From positions 49,414,001 to 49,478,000 of the forward strand of contig OZ024745.1 of the NCBI GenBank assembly GCA_964016885.1: a DNA stretch of 64,000 nt, read 5' to 3'. A program made the translations under genes and the position numbers. Of this stretch, positions 13,062-24,776 are shown in pieces (the stretch's first letter is position 1; each line of letters begins with the position of its first letter). The notes beneath the pieces were generated by a model. That model saw nothing but the letters and a program-made list of their open reading frames with translations, was not told the DNA's origin and did no database searches. The stretch is from Eledone cirrhosa. Taxonomy: Eukaryota.

Positions 13062-13429
13062 TATATATATATCTATATAGATAAAACGGAATCGGTTGTA
13101 AAATGTAGAAATGCATGCGGTTACACAGACAGACGTCTGTGTAACCGCATGCATTTCTACATTTTACAAACGATTTGCACCAAATTTCATACATAGATTT
13201 CTGAAATCCTATTACGCGTCGTAGGCTATTTTATTTTTCCGTACATCGATTGTGCCACCCCCCGGGGGGGGGGGGGGAGATAACCTCTTAAGCCTCTCGC
13301 TTGGAGTCAACAGCACTACTGTATAAAGGCCCCATAATTCCTGCAGTTTACCTCCCATCTTCAACACCATTAATCTTTTGTTTGCTTATGGCCTACAAAT
13401 AAGTTTGCAGGCATGCAGTTGCGCAGAAA

Positions 13430-14250
13430 TTCAGGTAGGGGACCCCTTGGGGGTCAGTAAACCGACTTGATGAATGTTGAAGTTGATATCATCAATGCAA
13501 CAAAACGTCATAACTGCTTGAGTTGGTGTATTGATTACCCATGGCTTATAAAGGAAGGTGAACACATGAACTTTACTTGAACTTATTAAGGGGACCCCTG
13601 GGGTAGTAAGCCCCTTCGACTTATCTATTGAAGTTCATATTAACGCTGTATTAGTACCTGATAACTTTACCGGACACATTGGTTACCCATTGCCTAAAGA
13701 TGATGTTGAAGACACTATCTATACCCGGAACAAGCAAGGGGACCCCCAGGGGGCAGTAAACCCTGGCGAGTCATTTATTGAATTTGGCTATTGTAATGCA
13801 ACAAAGTGTCATAGCTTCGATAATTAGTAGTCCAATAAAATGAATTTCGACTTAGTTGTTATTCATGTACTACAGATGAAGATATAGTGAGGCACATTTA
13901 CTTTCATTTCAATTCAGCAAGAGGACCCCCTCGGGGACAATGAGCCCAATTCATTAACCTATAAAAGTTCAAACTGCCACAATAAAAAAGCACCATAACC
14001 TCGGGAGTTTATACTTGATTCTTACAAAAGCTAAACGAAATGGTTATTGCCTGCCATAAGATAAAGCACCACACATTCGTTATCACTTGAATGTTGCAAG
14101 GGAACCCCCTAGGGAGGGCAGTAAGCCCCTTTTGGACCACTTTTAAAGTTCATATTATGGTTGCAGCAAAGCATTTCAACTTCTGGAAATAAAAGTCAAT
14201 TTAAACGAAAGTTGACACATCGGTTACTCATGTCCTAGAAATAGAGTAGC
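13430..14250. repeat. Five diverged 150-185 bp tandem units in the Helitron 5' region, each with a GGGACCCC...GGGG hairpin core
   Basis: Cores at ~13437, 13588, 13738, 13921 and 14099, each followed by CAGTAA(A/G)CC-like and GAAGTT-like motifs. Confidence 0.8.
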
Positions 14251-14319
14251 GAATTTTTAAATCCCCCTGACTTAACTTTAGTTTGTTTAGTTAACTTTAG
14301 GATAATTGAATTTAATTTT

Positions 14320-14578
14320 GTACCCGGTTGTCTCCCCCGTGTAATTGCACCACAATTAAGTGCGGAATGGGGAGTTAAATTTTTTTCATTGAACTTTGGC
14401 GTCATTTCACACTCCTAACCAAGAAAGCGCGATTTAACCCAGGTGTAAATTTTAACGCCTACTGTATTTGGATTGTGCTATTTTACACACATGCCTAAAC
14501 TGTGCGAATGATTGATTAGTTTTTGCACCCGGTTGCCTCCCCCGTTTAATTGCACTTCAATTAAGTGCGAAATGGCGA
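14320..14578. repeat. ~50-bp direct repeat, ~205 bp apart, inside the Helitron
   Basis: CCCGGTTG(T/C)CTCCCCCGT(G/T)TAATTGCAC..CAATTAAGTGCG at ~14323 and ~14528. Confidence 0.85.
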
Positions 14579-15330
14579 CCTCTGGCCAACCACACATCAG
14601 TGAGTTGTGTTCAGTAGATTTCATCCCACTTATTTGTATTATCTAACCAATCAGACAACTCGAATGTTGTTCATTGAACGAAATCATTCCTATTTATATC
14701 GGTCAAGTCCGACCTAGGATCACACTTTGGCTTTTGACAAGTGGTAGGTTTTTTACATGCGTACTCTCATAAGCTATCCCATGTTTCTGAAACGCATGTT
14801 TCTTCAGCATTTGTCACCTTAAAGGAGATTTAGTTAATGTGTTTATGGTCATAAGGTTCCAGTTTATCATGCTGTGATTTTTCGACAATTTTTGCCTGTA
14901 TCCTTTCAATGGTTAGTACTTAATTATTGCTATGTTCGAACTGAACAAACATACTTACACTTAATTACCTACCACCTTTTAATTTCCTTTATCACACTAT
15001 TTAATTTCACACTATTTAATTTCCTTTATCACAGGTAGTCCGTACGCTGCGTTGCCCCTAACTTAAAACCTGAAATTTGACTGGCACACAAAATCTTGCA
15101 AAACATACCCACTTTCTCAGACCACATAGATTTATCACATTTTTTCACAATTTATATCCGTGTTTAGATTTGCTTACTTAAACGTTATTCGTCCACTATT
15201 TATCGTTCTCTCTGGTTAATTTTCTAAAAACAATGCCCTCCCAAGAAAAGAACTTTCATGGGTCGATTACACCGAGTAACATATTTTTTGTTCCCCGGTT
15301 CTAAGTGTCATTTCATGGTTTGTTATATCC

Positions 15331-15512
15331 CGGCAGTATCGGTAGAGGGTCGGGCGCCATGCTTTCCAGCATAGTTACATCCCTTTACGGTCTGAGTTCA
15401 AATCCCGTCGAGGTTAACTTTGCCTCTCATCCTTACGGCGTCGATAAAATAAAGTACCAGTAATGTACTGGGTAATTGCTGGCCTTGTGCCAAAAAGTAG
15501 GAACAATTATTA
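15331..15512 (+). mobile_element. SINE (main family) nested inside the Chapaev3 element
   Basis: GGCAGTATCGGTAGAGGGTCGG...GAGTTCAAATCCC...GCTGGCCTTGTGCC...ATTATTA. Near-identical to 45105-45298. Confidence 0.9.
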
Positions 15513-15724
15513 AAAAAATACTATTATTTAATCAGAAGTTTGGGTTTGTGGTCAGGAGTTTGATATTTCGAAATTTTCATATTTTTCAAGAAAGAACACA
15601 TTTAAAAAAAATTTATCGGTTCATATAATTAAATCAACAGAGTATATATTCATTTTATTACACAAGCTTATCAAAAGCAAACAAGTAAAAACAAATAACA
15701 GTTATAAAGCAACTTATACACGTC

Positions 15725-16799
15725 AGAAATTACTGGATTTCCTGGATTTGCGGTGTAGTCCAGGTCGCATTCCCGCACTAGCCCCCAGATATAGTCCCCA
15801 TCACTTTTTCATTGTAGTGGCTCTGGTACCTCCGTTATATCTCTTTCACATCTTGGTGGAATCGTTCGCCTTGTTCTTCCGAGTAGGCGACAATATTGTC
15901 CTTGAATTCTTCCAGGTGAGCGTCCAGCATATGGAGTTTAAGCGACATCCTGCATCCCATGCGCCAAAAGCCTTTATCAGATCCTGCACCAGTTGCTGGT
16001 AGTTTTCAGCTCTGTAGTTGCCCAGGAAGCCGTTAACAACTGCCTTGAAACAGTTCCATGCTGTTCTCTTAATCCTATTGAGCTTATTGGAGAACTCGGT
16101 TGACTCAAACACCTTCTTTATCTGAGGTCCAACAAAACATCCACCTTTGATTTTGACCTCAGATAACTTGGGGAAGAACTCAAGAAGGTACTTAAAAGCG
16201 GCTGATTCTTGTTTGAGAGCCTTCACAAACTGCTTCATCAACCCCAACTTAATGTGCAGTGACGGCATGAGCACAATCCTGGAATCAACCAGTAGCTCCC
16301 ACATGACATTTCGGGTCCCAACTTCAAATTCTGTTCGCTGCTCCCAGTTCTTTCTTTTGTAGTGGTCAGAGGTGGCTCTGCTGTCCCAAAGGCAGAGGAA
16401 GCATTGGAATTTGATAAAGCCTCCTTGGAGTCCAAGCAGGAAAGCCACCATCTTGAAGTCTCCAATGATTTCCCAATTGTACTGGTTGTATTGCAGAGTT
16501 CCCAAGAGGACTTTCACACTGTAGTAATCTTCCTTCGGGCAGACTGAATGAGCTAGGGGCAGTGTCGGGAACTTGTTTACATTGTGGAGGAGGACAGTCT
16601 TCAAACTTGTGGTGGAGCTGTCTATAAATAGTCGCCACTCCTTGGGCACAAACGGCACCCCAATAACGTCAAACAGTCTAGGCACGTCATGGCAGAAGCA
16701 GAGGCCATCCCTAAGAGTGTAAAAGCCTGAGAAAGGTTCGTGTCGACTTCTCTGACTTGTCACCTGCACTTCCTCCTTGACCAAGTTCCACTGCTTCAT
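15725..16799 (-). pseudogene. Chapaev3-type DDE transposase, N-terminally deleted and frameshifted
   Basis: WRLFIDSS, IIGDFKMV, CFLCLWDSR, LHIKLGLMKQFVK and FVGPQIK. After a frameshift near 15960 it reads MGCRMSLKLHMLDAHL...EEQGERFHQD, which contains the third catalytic residue region. Confidence 0.88.
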
Positions 16800-19700
16800 C
16801 TTGGAGACGAATGCTTAAAACACAACTTACTCTTTATTCAGGGTGCGAAAATTCAGTATCAATAAATCTCTTTAATCCACTTTTTAACAATTTTATACTT
16901 TATTGCACTTTTATAATTTTCTTTAGGTATTACTCTTTATTTTATAATTTTAATTTAACCTGAAACATATATAAAAAAATCATTTAACAAATTTAGCAAA
17001 TTAAACTTACATACAACGTAAAATTCAGCATACAAATAATTCTATTGAATAGCTTAGAATTTTTACAAACCCCACTTTTAACTGTTTAATAGCACTTTTT
17101 TTTTTATAGATTTGGGACCTAAGCAACACAAAAAAGTGATTACAAGCCAGTAACAGAGAAAAAAATTATTTTTGTTACACGGTGTTATCTAATGATGCAA
17201 GTAGGTCTAAGCGAAGGCGTCTCACTGAAGATGTAAATGCGACTGCGATCAGGCTCTCACAGAATGCTGTGCAGACGTCAGCTGCAAGAACGGAGGAGGA
17301 TGACAGTCGGCGTGAACTTCGACGGAACAAAGATGCTGCCGCGACTGCTGCAGCTCGCGCTCGAGAGGATGAAGGACGACGAGCCGTTCGACGAAGCAGG
17401 GACGCCACTGCAACAGACCCTGCTCGTGCTCGAGAGGATCAAGGACGACGTGCCATTCGACGAAGCAGGGACGCCACTGCCACTGCTGCTGCACGAAACA
17501 CTGAAACCATAGAGCAACGACGTGGCCGACTTCTGCAAAGTGAACAGCGGCGATCATCGTTACGTGGCATTTTTGAATTTTTAGGCCTTGCAATTCACGA
17601 TGGTTGTTGAAGGTCTTTAACTAAGACCCCTCCTCCGACTATGCCGTTCATGCAGATATTCAAATTGGGGAAATGACCTCTACTTGCCAGTTTTGCCGTA
17701 CGAAAAAGTGGCCAGGGGAGAGAGATGGAATGTGCTGTTCAAACGGTAAAGTTAGATTACCTCCTATTCACGATCCTCCAGAGACATTGCAACTCCTTTT
17801 GGAGGAATCATCGAAGTTTCCGCGTAATATCCGCCGCTACAATTCCGCGTTTCAGATGACATCCTTCGGAGAAAAGTTTGCCTCGGAACGTGGGTTCATG
17901 CCAACTTTCAAAGTCCAGGGGCAGATCTACCACTTGATGAGGTCTATTCAGCCTCTGGTAGAAAAGGGGCCTCAATTTCTTCAGTTATACTTCGTTGGAA
18001 ACTATCAGGAGCAGGCAGAGATGCGAAACTCTATTTCGTCCGAAACTAACATTGAAACCATAAAACTTCAAGAAATGCTTCATGACAAAAACAGTTATGT
18101 TCGGAGTTTCAAGTACGCTTTGGAAATAGCCACCAAGCCAAACTTTAGTGTGGTCATACATGCTGACCGAAGGCCTTCTGGAGAACACGCTGGTCGGTTC
18201 AACGCACCAACATGTAATGAGATTTCTGCGGTTATTTGTGGTGAACAGCACAAGAGAGATATCATTCTAAAGCACAGTGACAGCACATTACAGCGTATCA
18301 ATGAGACACACAGGTCCTACGATGCACTCCAGTATCCATTGCTATTTGTCAACGGCGAGGACGGATACCATTTCGGCATTCCTCAACATTCAGCAGACAA
18401 TGGTGAGGTACATCTTAGCAAAACTGTCACCTGCATGGATTTCTACGCTTTCCGATTTATGGTAAGGTACAATTCATTCTACCATCTACACCGTTCTCGG
18501 GACCTTTTCCAACAATTTGCTGTTGATATGGCCGTTAAAAGAAACTTCGACCTGAATGCTACATTCATCTACGCGATGGAATTAACAACGACATATCCCC
18601 AGACAATTGAGGGCAAGTGTGTATTTTGCCTTAAACGTTCACAGGGGGACGCCGATACATGCACGAGAGGACTCAGGATGCCATGACTTACGTACGACAT
18701 TATGGGCGCCCCGACCTTTTCATAACGTTTACATGCAATCCTAAGTGGAAGGAGATTACAAACGAACTGTTCCAAACGCCAAGACACAGGCACGATCTCA
18801 TAGCAAGAGTGTTTCGCCTGAAATTATCCAAATTAATGGATTTATTAAAGAAAGGACAGGATTTTGGGCCTGTACACGGTTGCGATATGTACACGGTTGA
18901 ATGGCAGAAACGAGGGCTGCCGCATGCCCATATCTTGATTTGGTTGGTTACAAAAATCAGTTCAAACTACATCGACAAATTAATTTCTGCCGAACTACCT
19001 GATCCGTCGATTGACAAGGACCTCTTCTCTATAGTCACATCAAACATGGTCCATGGTCATTGCGGACACGGACTCAATATGAAGTCCCCGTGCATACACG
19101 ACGGAAAGTGTATAAAACGATATCCCAGGCCGTGTTTACAGGAAACACAGACTGGCGGTGACTGATATCCGTTGTATAGGCGCAGGAGACCTGAAGACGG
19201 TGGGTTCACAGCAAAAGTTGGCGAACGCGAAATCGACAACAGCGGGATAGTGCCATATTGCCCGCTCCTCTTGAAAGCATTCAACGCCCATATAAACGTA
19301 GAATTTTGCAACTCAGTAAAATCAATTAAATACGTTTGTAAGTACGTAAACAAGGGATCGGATGATGCCGTCTTTGGTCTTCGTCATGAAAACAGTAGAG
19401 ACGAGGTATCTGACTACCAAGCAGGCCCATACATTAGCAGCAATGAAGCCTTTTGGCGCATTTTTGGCTTCTCACTGCACCAACGACACCCCGTCATTAA
19501 ACAATTTGCCGTTCACCTTGAAAACGGTCAAGGGGTGTATTTCAACGATGCAACAGCTGCTCAGCTAACGATCTCACCAAAGGAAACTACACTCACCGCT
19601 TTTTTCAAACTTTGTCAACTCAACGACTTCGCTCGAACTCTGCTGTATTCTGAAATACCGTCTTACTATACATGAAACCGGACAAAATGGCTACGAAGAA

Positions 19701-22019
19701 AGTAGGGCAAGAGGTAGTTGAACATCCAGGTATCAAATTCGACAATTGCCTTGGGCGAGTTTGTACGGTCCACCCTACCCAACACGAATTCTTCTACCCG
19801 CGACTTCTGCTTCATGAGGTAAGAGGGCCGACCAGCTTCACTCATCTGAGAACCGTTGATGGATACGCCTGCGGAACGTACAGGGAAGCCTGCTTGAGGC
19901 GTGGACTTTTAGAAGATGACGCACAATGGGATACAACCTTGACGGAAGCTGCCATCTCACAATCATCCCGTAGTCTAAGAGCACTTTTTCCTATCCTCTT
20001 GCACGTCTTTATGGCAAAAGTTTAAAGATGATTTCGCAGACGAATATAGGCGTCTCGCTCAATTGCAAATCCAAATTTAGATGTCGGGTCTTCAGACGTT
20101 ATATATAACAGAACTCTGATCGATATTGAAGACAGAGTGGCTTCAATGGGCGGAGATGTCTTGGAGAAATATGGGCGTCCGCAAACACTTCGAGATGCAC
20201 CATCTGACATTCCCAACGACATTATACGTGTAACGTCATATGATGTCGACGAACTCAAAAGCTATGTTGAAGAAAATGAACCAAAACTTCTAATGGATCA
20301 AAAGCAAGCCTACAACATTGTCGTTGATTCCATCCGTAATCGGGGAGGGGGTATATTCTTCCTGGACGCACCTAGAGGCACGGGCAAAACATTTGTAATC
20401 AAACTTTTACTCGCTGCAGTGAGGCAACACGGAAACATTGCATTGGCCGTGGCTTCTTCCTTCATTGCAGCAACTTTGCTTCCTGGTGGCAGGACGGCCC
20501 ATTCTGCCTTCAGTCTTCCTCTCCACGTGGCATTATCTGAGACACCAACGTGCAACATCAGCAAGTCTTCCGGAAAAGCACTGGTTTTAAAGCGCTGCCT
20601 ACTAATTGTTTGGGACGAATGCACAATGGCCCACAGGCGGCTTTCGAGGCATTAGACCGGTCACTCAGCGACATCAGGGACTGTCAAGAACCAATGGAAG
20701 GTGTCACTTTATTATTATCTGGGGACTTCCGACAGACTCTGCCTGTAATCCCAAAAGGTACGCGGGCTGATGAGTTTGGTGCATGTCTTAAGGCCTCCCC
20801 ACTTTGGCGTTATGTGAGAAAGCTGACGCTTACAACAAACATGAGAGCACAGCTGCAAGGTCAACTGCAAGACATCAGCGGGTTTTGCTGCTGCCATTTT
20901 GTCGTTGGGAGATGGCAAAGTCCCACTCGACGGAGATGGTGCAGCGGACCTCACAGGGATTTTCAGATGCGTTAAGTCAATTGCTGAGTTACGGACGTCT
21001 GTTTCTCCTAATCTTGAGGAGAACTACACAAATCAAGAGTGGTTGTATGAACGCGCAATATTAGCTTCGAAAAACCACATAGTTGGAAACCTCAATAAAA
21101 TACTGTTCTTGCCTGGAAACCTGCACGACTACAAGTCCCTTGACTCTATCGCTGATCCGGACGAAGTTGTTAATTACCCCCACAGAATTTCTTAACTCCA
21201 TAGACCCTCCCGGATTGCTACCACACTTACTGCGACTTAAGAAAGGTGCCCCTTCCATGCTCCTCAAGAATTTGGAACCCCGAAGGCTTTCCAACGGAAC
21301 GCGTCTGGTCGTCCAAAAGGCGATACCTCATGTTATTGAGGCAACAATACTTACATTATGTGGTAAGGGGGATACTGTCTTCATACCAAGGATACCTCTC
21401 ATTCCTTCCGGTAAAGACATTCCTTTCACATTCAGAAGGCTGCAATTCCCTCTCCGGCTCGGTTTTGTCATGTCGATTAACAAATCACAGGGTCAGATGC
21501 TGACGGTCGTAGGGCTTAATTTAGAAGAACCGTGATTCTCCCATGGTGAACTATATGTTGGCTGCTCTCGAGTGGGGAGCCGACATAACCTATTTGCTTT
21601 GGCAACTCACGAGAAAACCCAAAATATAGTCTATAAGGAAGTTTTGTAGGCACCCCATCCGCCAACAAGTAATTGCTGTTTTTTTTTTGTATAAGTGCTT
21701 ACATTTGCTGAATCCGTGTGTTATTTTTGTCCCTTTGACAATACTACGTACGCCCCTGAGGTTGCTTTTGCTATACGTTATAAATGTTCAATGTCTCCGT
21801 TTTCCGCATTTATATGTTGCTATTGCGCTTTGCAATCGATGTTCCGTAGTTTTAACCTAATTAATCTACTTTTCCCTACATCTTATTTACACATTTTTTG
21901 ACATTCCAGCGTGATCTTGCCAATGCCGTTTTTGTTGCCACCGACTGTTACATGCTTTTCTAGGTTACAATCTCAAATAACAAGCAAAGCAAATACGACA
22001 CACCAAAGTGGTGTGAAGC

Positions 22020-22425
22020 ACTTCTTAAGGGCCACCACCTCTAATCAGAGTCCTCTTTGCTGACAGCTCTGCCGCTGAGACTTTTAAGAGTGAACGATCC
22101 AAGGCCCTCTTCAGGGCCACCAAGTTTAAATTGTTACAATCAGATTCATCTTTGCTGGCAGCACCGCCGCTGAGATATTTCAAAGTGAACGTTGAAAGGT
22201 CCTCTTCAGGGCCACCAACTATAAATTGTTATCGCTGGATTCGTCTTTGCTGGTAGCACCGCTGCTAAGACTTTTAAGATTGGGCGATCCAAGGCTCTCT
22301 TTAGGGCCACAAACTTTAAATTGTTACCATCGGATTCGTCTTTGCTGGCAGCACCGCCGCAGAGATATTTCAAAATGAACGTTCAAAGGCCCTCTTTAGG
22401 GACTATACCTATAAATTGTTACTTC
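22020..22425. repeat. Helitron 3' subterminal minisatellite, ~95-bp units alternating A/B types
   Basis: AGGGCCAC-type motif at ~22028, 22113, 22208, 22303 and 22398. Units alternate GACTTTTAAGA..CGATCCAAGG with GATATTTCAAA..CGTT.AAAGG. Also present in the sister copy at ~38400-38790. Confidence 0.9.
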
Positions 22426-22513
22426 TATAGTCGTGTTTAACGGAAGTCTTTCGGTTCATTTGAACGACTACTCCATTGAGAGTTACTCCGGGCAACGCCG
22501 GGTACCTCTGCTA

Positions 22514-22592
<79 letters not shown>

Positions 22593-22596
22593 TGTG

Positions 22597-22635
<39 letters not shown>

Positions 22636-23001
22636 ATACATAGAGAGAGAGAGGAGGGAGGAGAAAAAGGAAACAGAAGGATGTGGGAGGTGGTACGAGT
22701 TTAATTCCATCAGCGAAATGTTTTCTGTTATAAGTTTTATTGTTTAAACAGTTGTGGGTCTCAGAACCATCTTAAATATCATGACTAATCAGTGTTAGGT
22801 ACCTACGACTAGTTATACCTCAACAGTGCTGTAGTGTTGTCTTCTAATTACATTACAATAATATTATAGCAATGGTATCTACCTGTTATTAAGCATCGAT
22901 GTTGCCTGTAGTTAACACTAATTATGTTTATATCTGATAACACCCTACACATATGTTACTGCTGTTATATAGATACATGCACACACACGCTCCCTCACAC
23001 A

Positions 23002-23073
<72 letters not shown>

Positions 23074-23254
23074 CATATATAAGTATACAGAATATACATT
23101 AAAGAAATATATTAGTTTAACACTTGAATTAGCAGGAAAAGTGTCTTAACATTTCAAAAGATAGAGTTAGAAATAGAAAATAAAATATAAAGATAAAGAG
23201 TAAGAAGAGGAAGAAATGGGGGAAAATGAGAAAAAAATGCATATATACACACAC

Positions 23255-23307
<53 letters not shown>

Positions 23308-24721
23308 TATCCGACTTGTTGTGGGCGACGAATACTTTGGATAAAATCCTATATATTCATATCTGAAAATCAAACAGGTGGTCACAGCTGGAACACTTTT
23401 ATCCAGAGGCCAGCTTCATCTCAACAGATATGAGGCGAAACAAGATCCATACATTTCTACGTGTTTAAATATCTGAGATGAGGTGTCGTTAATATAATTC
23501 AAATATTTTAAAACAATTAACCTCATCCTTAGTGGTGGCGCATGGCTTAATGGTTAGGTTGGTAGGCTAACGATGAAATGATCATTTATTCGATCCCTGG
23601 GCCGGATGGTGCGTTGTGTCCTTGAGATCTGTTCTGATGAGCCTCACGGTTCGAGAAAGACTTAAACTTAAACTTCATCCTTATAAAGAAACGTGTTTTA
23701 ACAGTTATATCTAGTGTAGATGCAAATATGGATTTCTAATTTAAACACAAAGCTCCCAAATGTTTCGTGGAAGGGCAAAGTTGATTAATTCAACCCCAGT
23801 GTATGACTGGTACTTAATTTTTTTAAACTCTGGATGAAAGTTGACCTTAATGGAATTCGAATTCAGAACGCAAGGAACCAGAACAAATACAGCAATGGCA
23901 TATTATCAGAGAGTTCACCAAATCTGCCTATCCACTATATCCTTTTACATCCCTAAAGATTTGAATGGAATGGGCCTGCTTCGGTTTAGACGATGGATGT
24001 CTCAGTTGTTCGACCAACGGAACAAGCTGCTTGGAAAATTAATATGCAAGTAGTTAAGCATCCCACAGACACGTGTAACCATAACGTAATTCCAAGGGAG
24101 ATCCAACGTGATGCAGTATATGACATGACTTTCCCCTTAAATTACAGGTGCAATCCATCTCATAGGCTTCCAAACAGTTTCCGTCTACCCAAATTCACTC
24201 AAAAGGTTTGATCGACCTGAGGCTGAGGTAGGAGTCATTTCCCTATTAAGCCACGCAATGGGATCGATCTCGGGACTGTATGATTGCAAAGCGAACTTCT
24301 CAACCATTCGACCACGCTGCGTCCCCCAAAAAGTGTTACCCAGTGTGTTCGATACCGGAACCGATTGATTACAAAGCAAACTTCTTAACTACTCAACCAT
24401 GCCAGTGTCCAAAACATTATAGTTGTTATACCAGTAAATGGTATTTCATTGACTCAGAATGAATTAATGGTAATTCGATTCTGGTAGATATTTGAATGAT
24501 AAAACTGAACATAACAAGCCGGATACTATAAAATATTTGTATAATAACCAACTAAACACATGTGGCCTTATAATAACGAAAAACAAACAAACTACGTATA
24601 TCGCTATAGTCTATATGTAGATCACCCTGTTGATTTACCTTATTAAAATGTAGTTAGCTAATAAAAGCTTTTTTGTATGCACGCATGTATGTTTATATAT
24701 ATGTATATGTATATATATATC

Positions 24722-24776
24722 TGTTAGAACACGAAAAGTGTGAAACAACAGAATGTTCACTTTTCGTGTTCTAACA
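24722..24776. repeat. 19-bp perfect inverted repeat (hairpin) at the edge of an unclassified ~540-bp insert
   Basis: TGTTAGAACACGAAAAGTG ... CACTTTTCGTGTTCTAACA. A related TGTTAAAACACGAAA occurs at ~25245. Confidence 0.7.

Larger units (their letters stand above)
15270..17184 (-). mobile_element. Chapaev3 (CMC superfamily) DNA transposon nested in the Helitron ORF
   Basis: TIRs CACCGAGTAACA and TGTTACACGGTG. TTA TSD at 15267-15269 and 17185-17187. The sister Helitron has the uninterrupted GGTCGATTATCTAATG. CAC termini, a TWA TSD and the transposase motifs match Chapaev3. Confidence 0.88.
15233..21649 (+). pseudogene. Helitron Rep/Hel transposase (HUH endonuclease + PIF1-family helicase), interrupted and frameshifted
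   Basis: ATG 15233 MPSKKRTFMGRL continues after the insertion as SNDASRSKRRR. Has 23-aa RARED.GRRA.RR repeats, Zn motif CQFC...CC, Rep motifs YGRPDLFITFTCNPKW, EWQKRGLPHAHILIWL and KYVCKYVNKG, and helicase motifs DAPRGTGKT, IVWDEC, GDFRQTLPV and MSINKSQG. Ends NIVYKEVL*. Several frameshifts and stops. Confidence 0.96.
13072..22514 (+). mobile_element. Full-length autonomous-type Helitron (decayed), inserted in a (TA)n tract
   Basis: 5' A|TCTATATAGATAAAAC. 3' hairpin CCGGGCAACGCCGGG followed by TACCTCTGCTAG|T. Encodes Rep-helicase. Both ends are confirmed by the sister copy at 38322-41460. Confidence 0.96.

Noticed and set aside
13430-14250. CRISPR-like repeat-spacer array
   Set aside because: The linkers are >100 bp and homologous to each other, the cores are degenerate, the context is a eukaryotic Helitron, and there are no cas genes.
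17175-17593. Antisense and alternative-frame ORFs over the Helitron N-terminal repeats
   Set aside because: They are shadows of a GC-rich repetitive coding region.
23630-23700. Additional CTGATGA hammerhead-like cores (also ~34094 and ~25490 on minus)
   Set aside because: Helices I-III could not be completed convincingly. They are probably decayed PLE remnants or chance matches.
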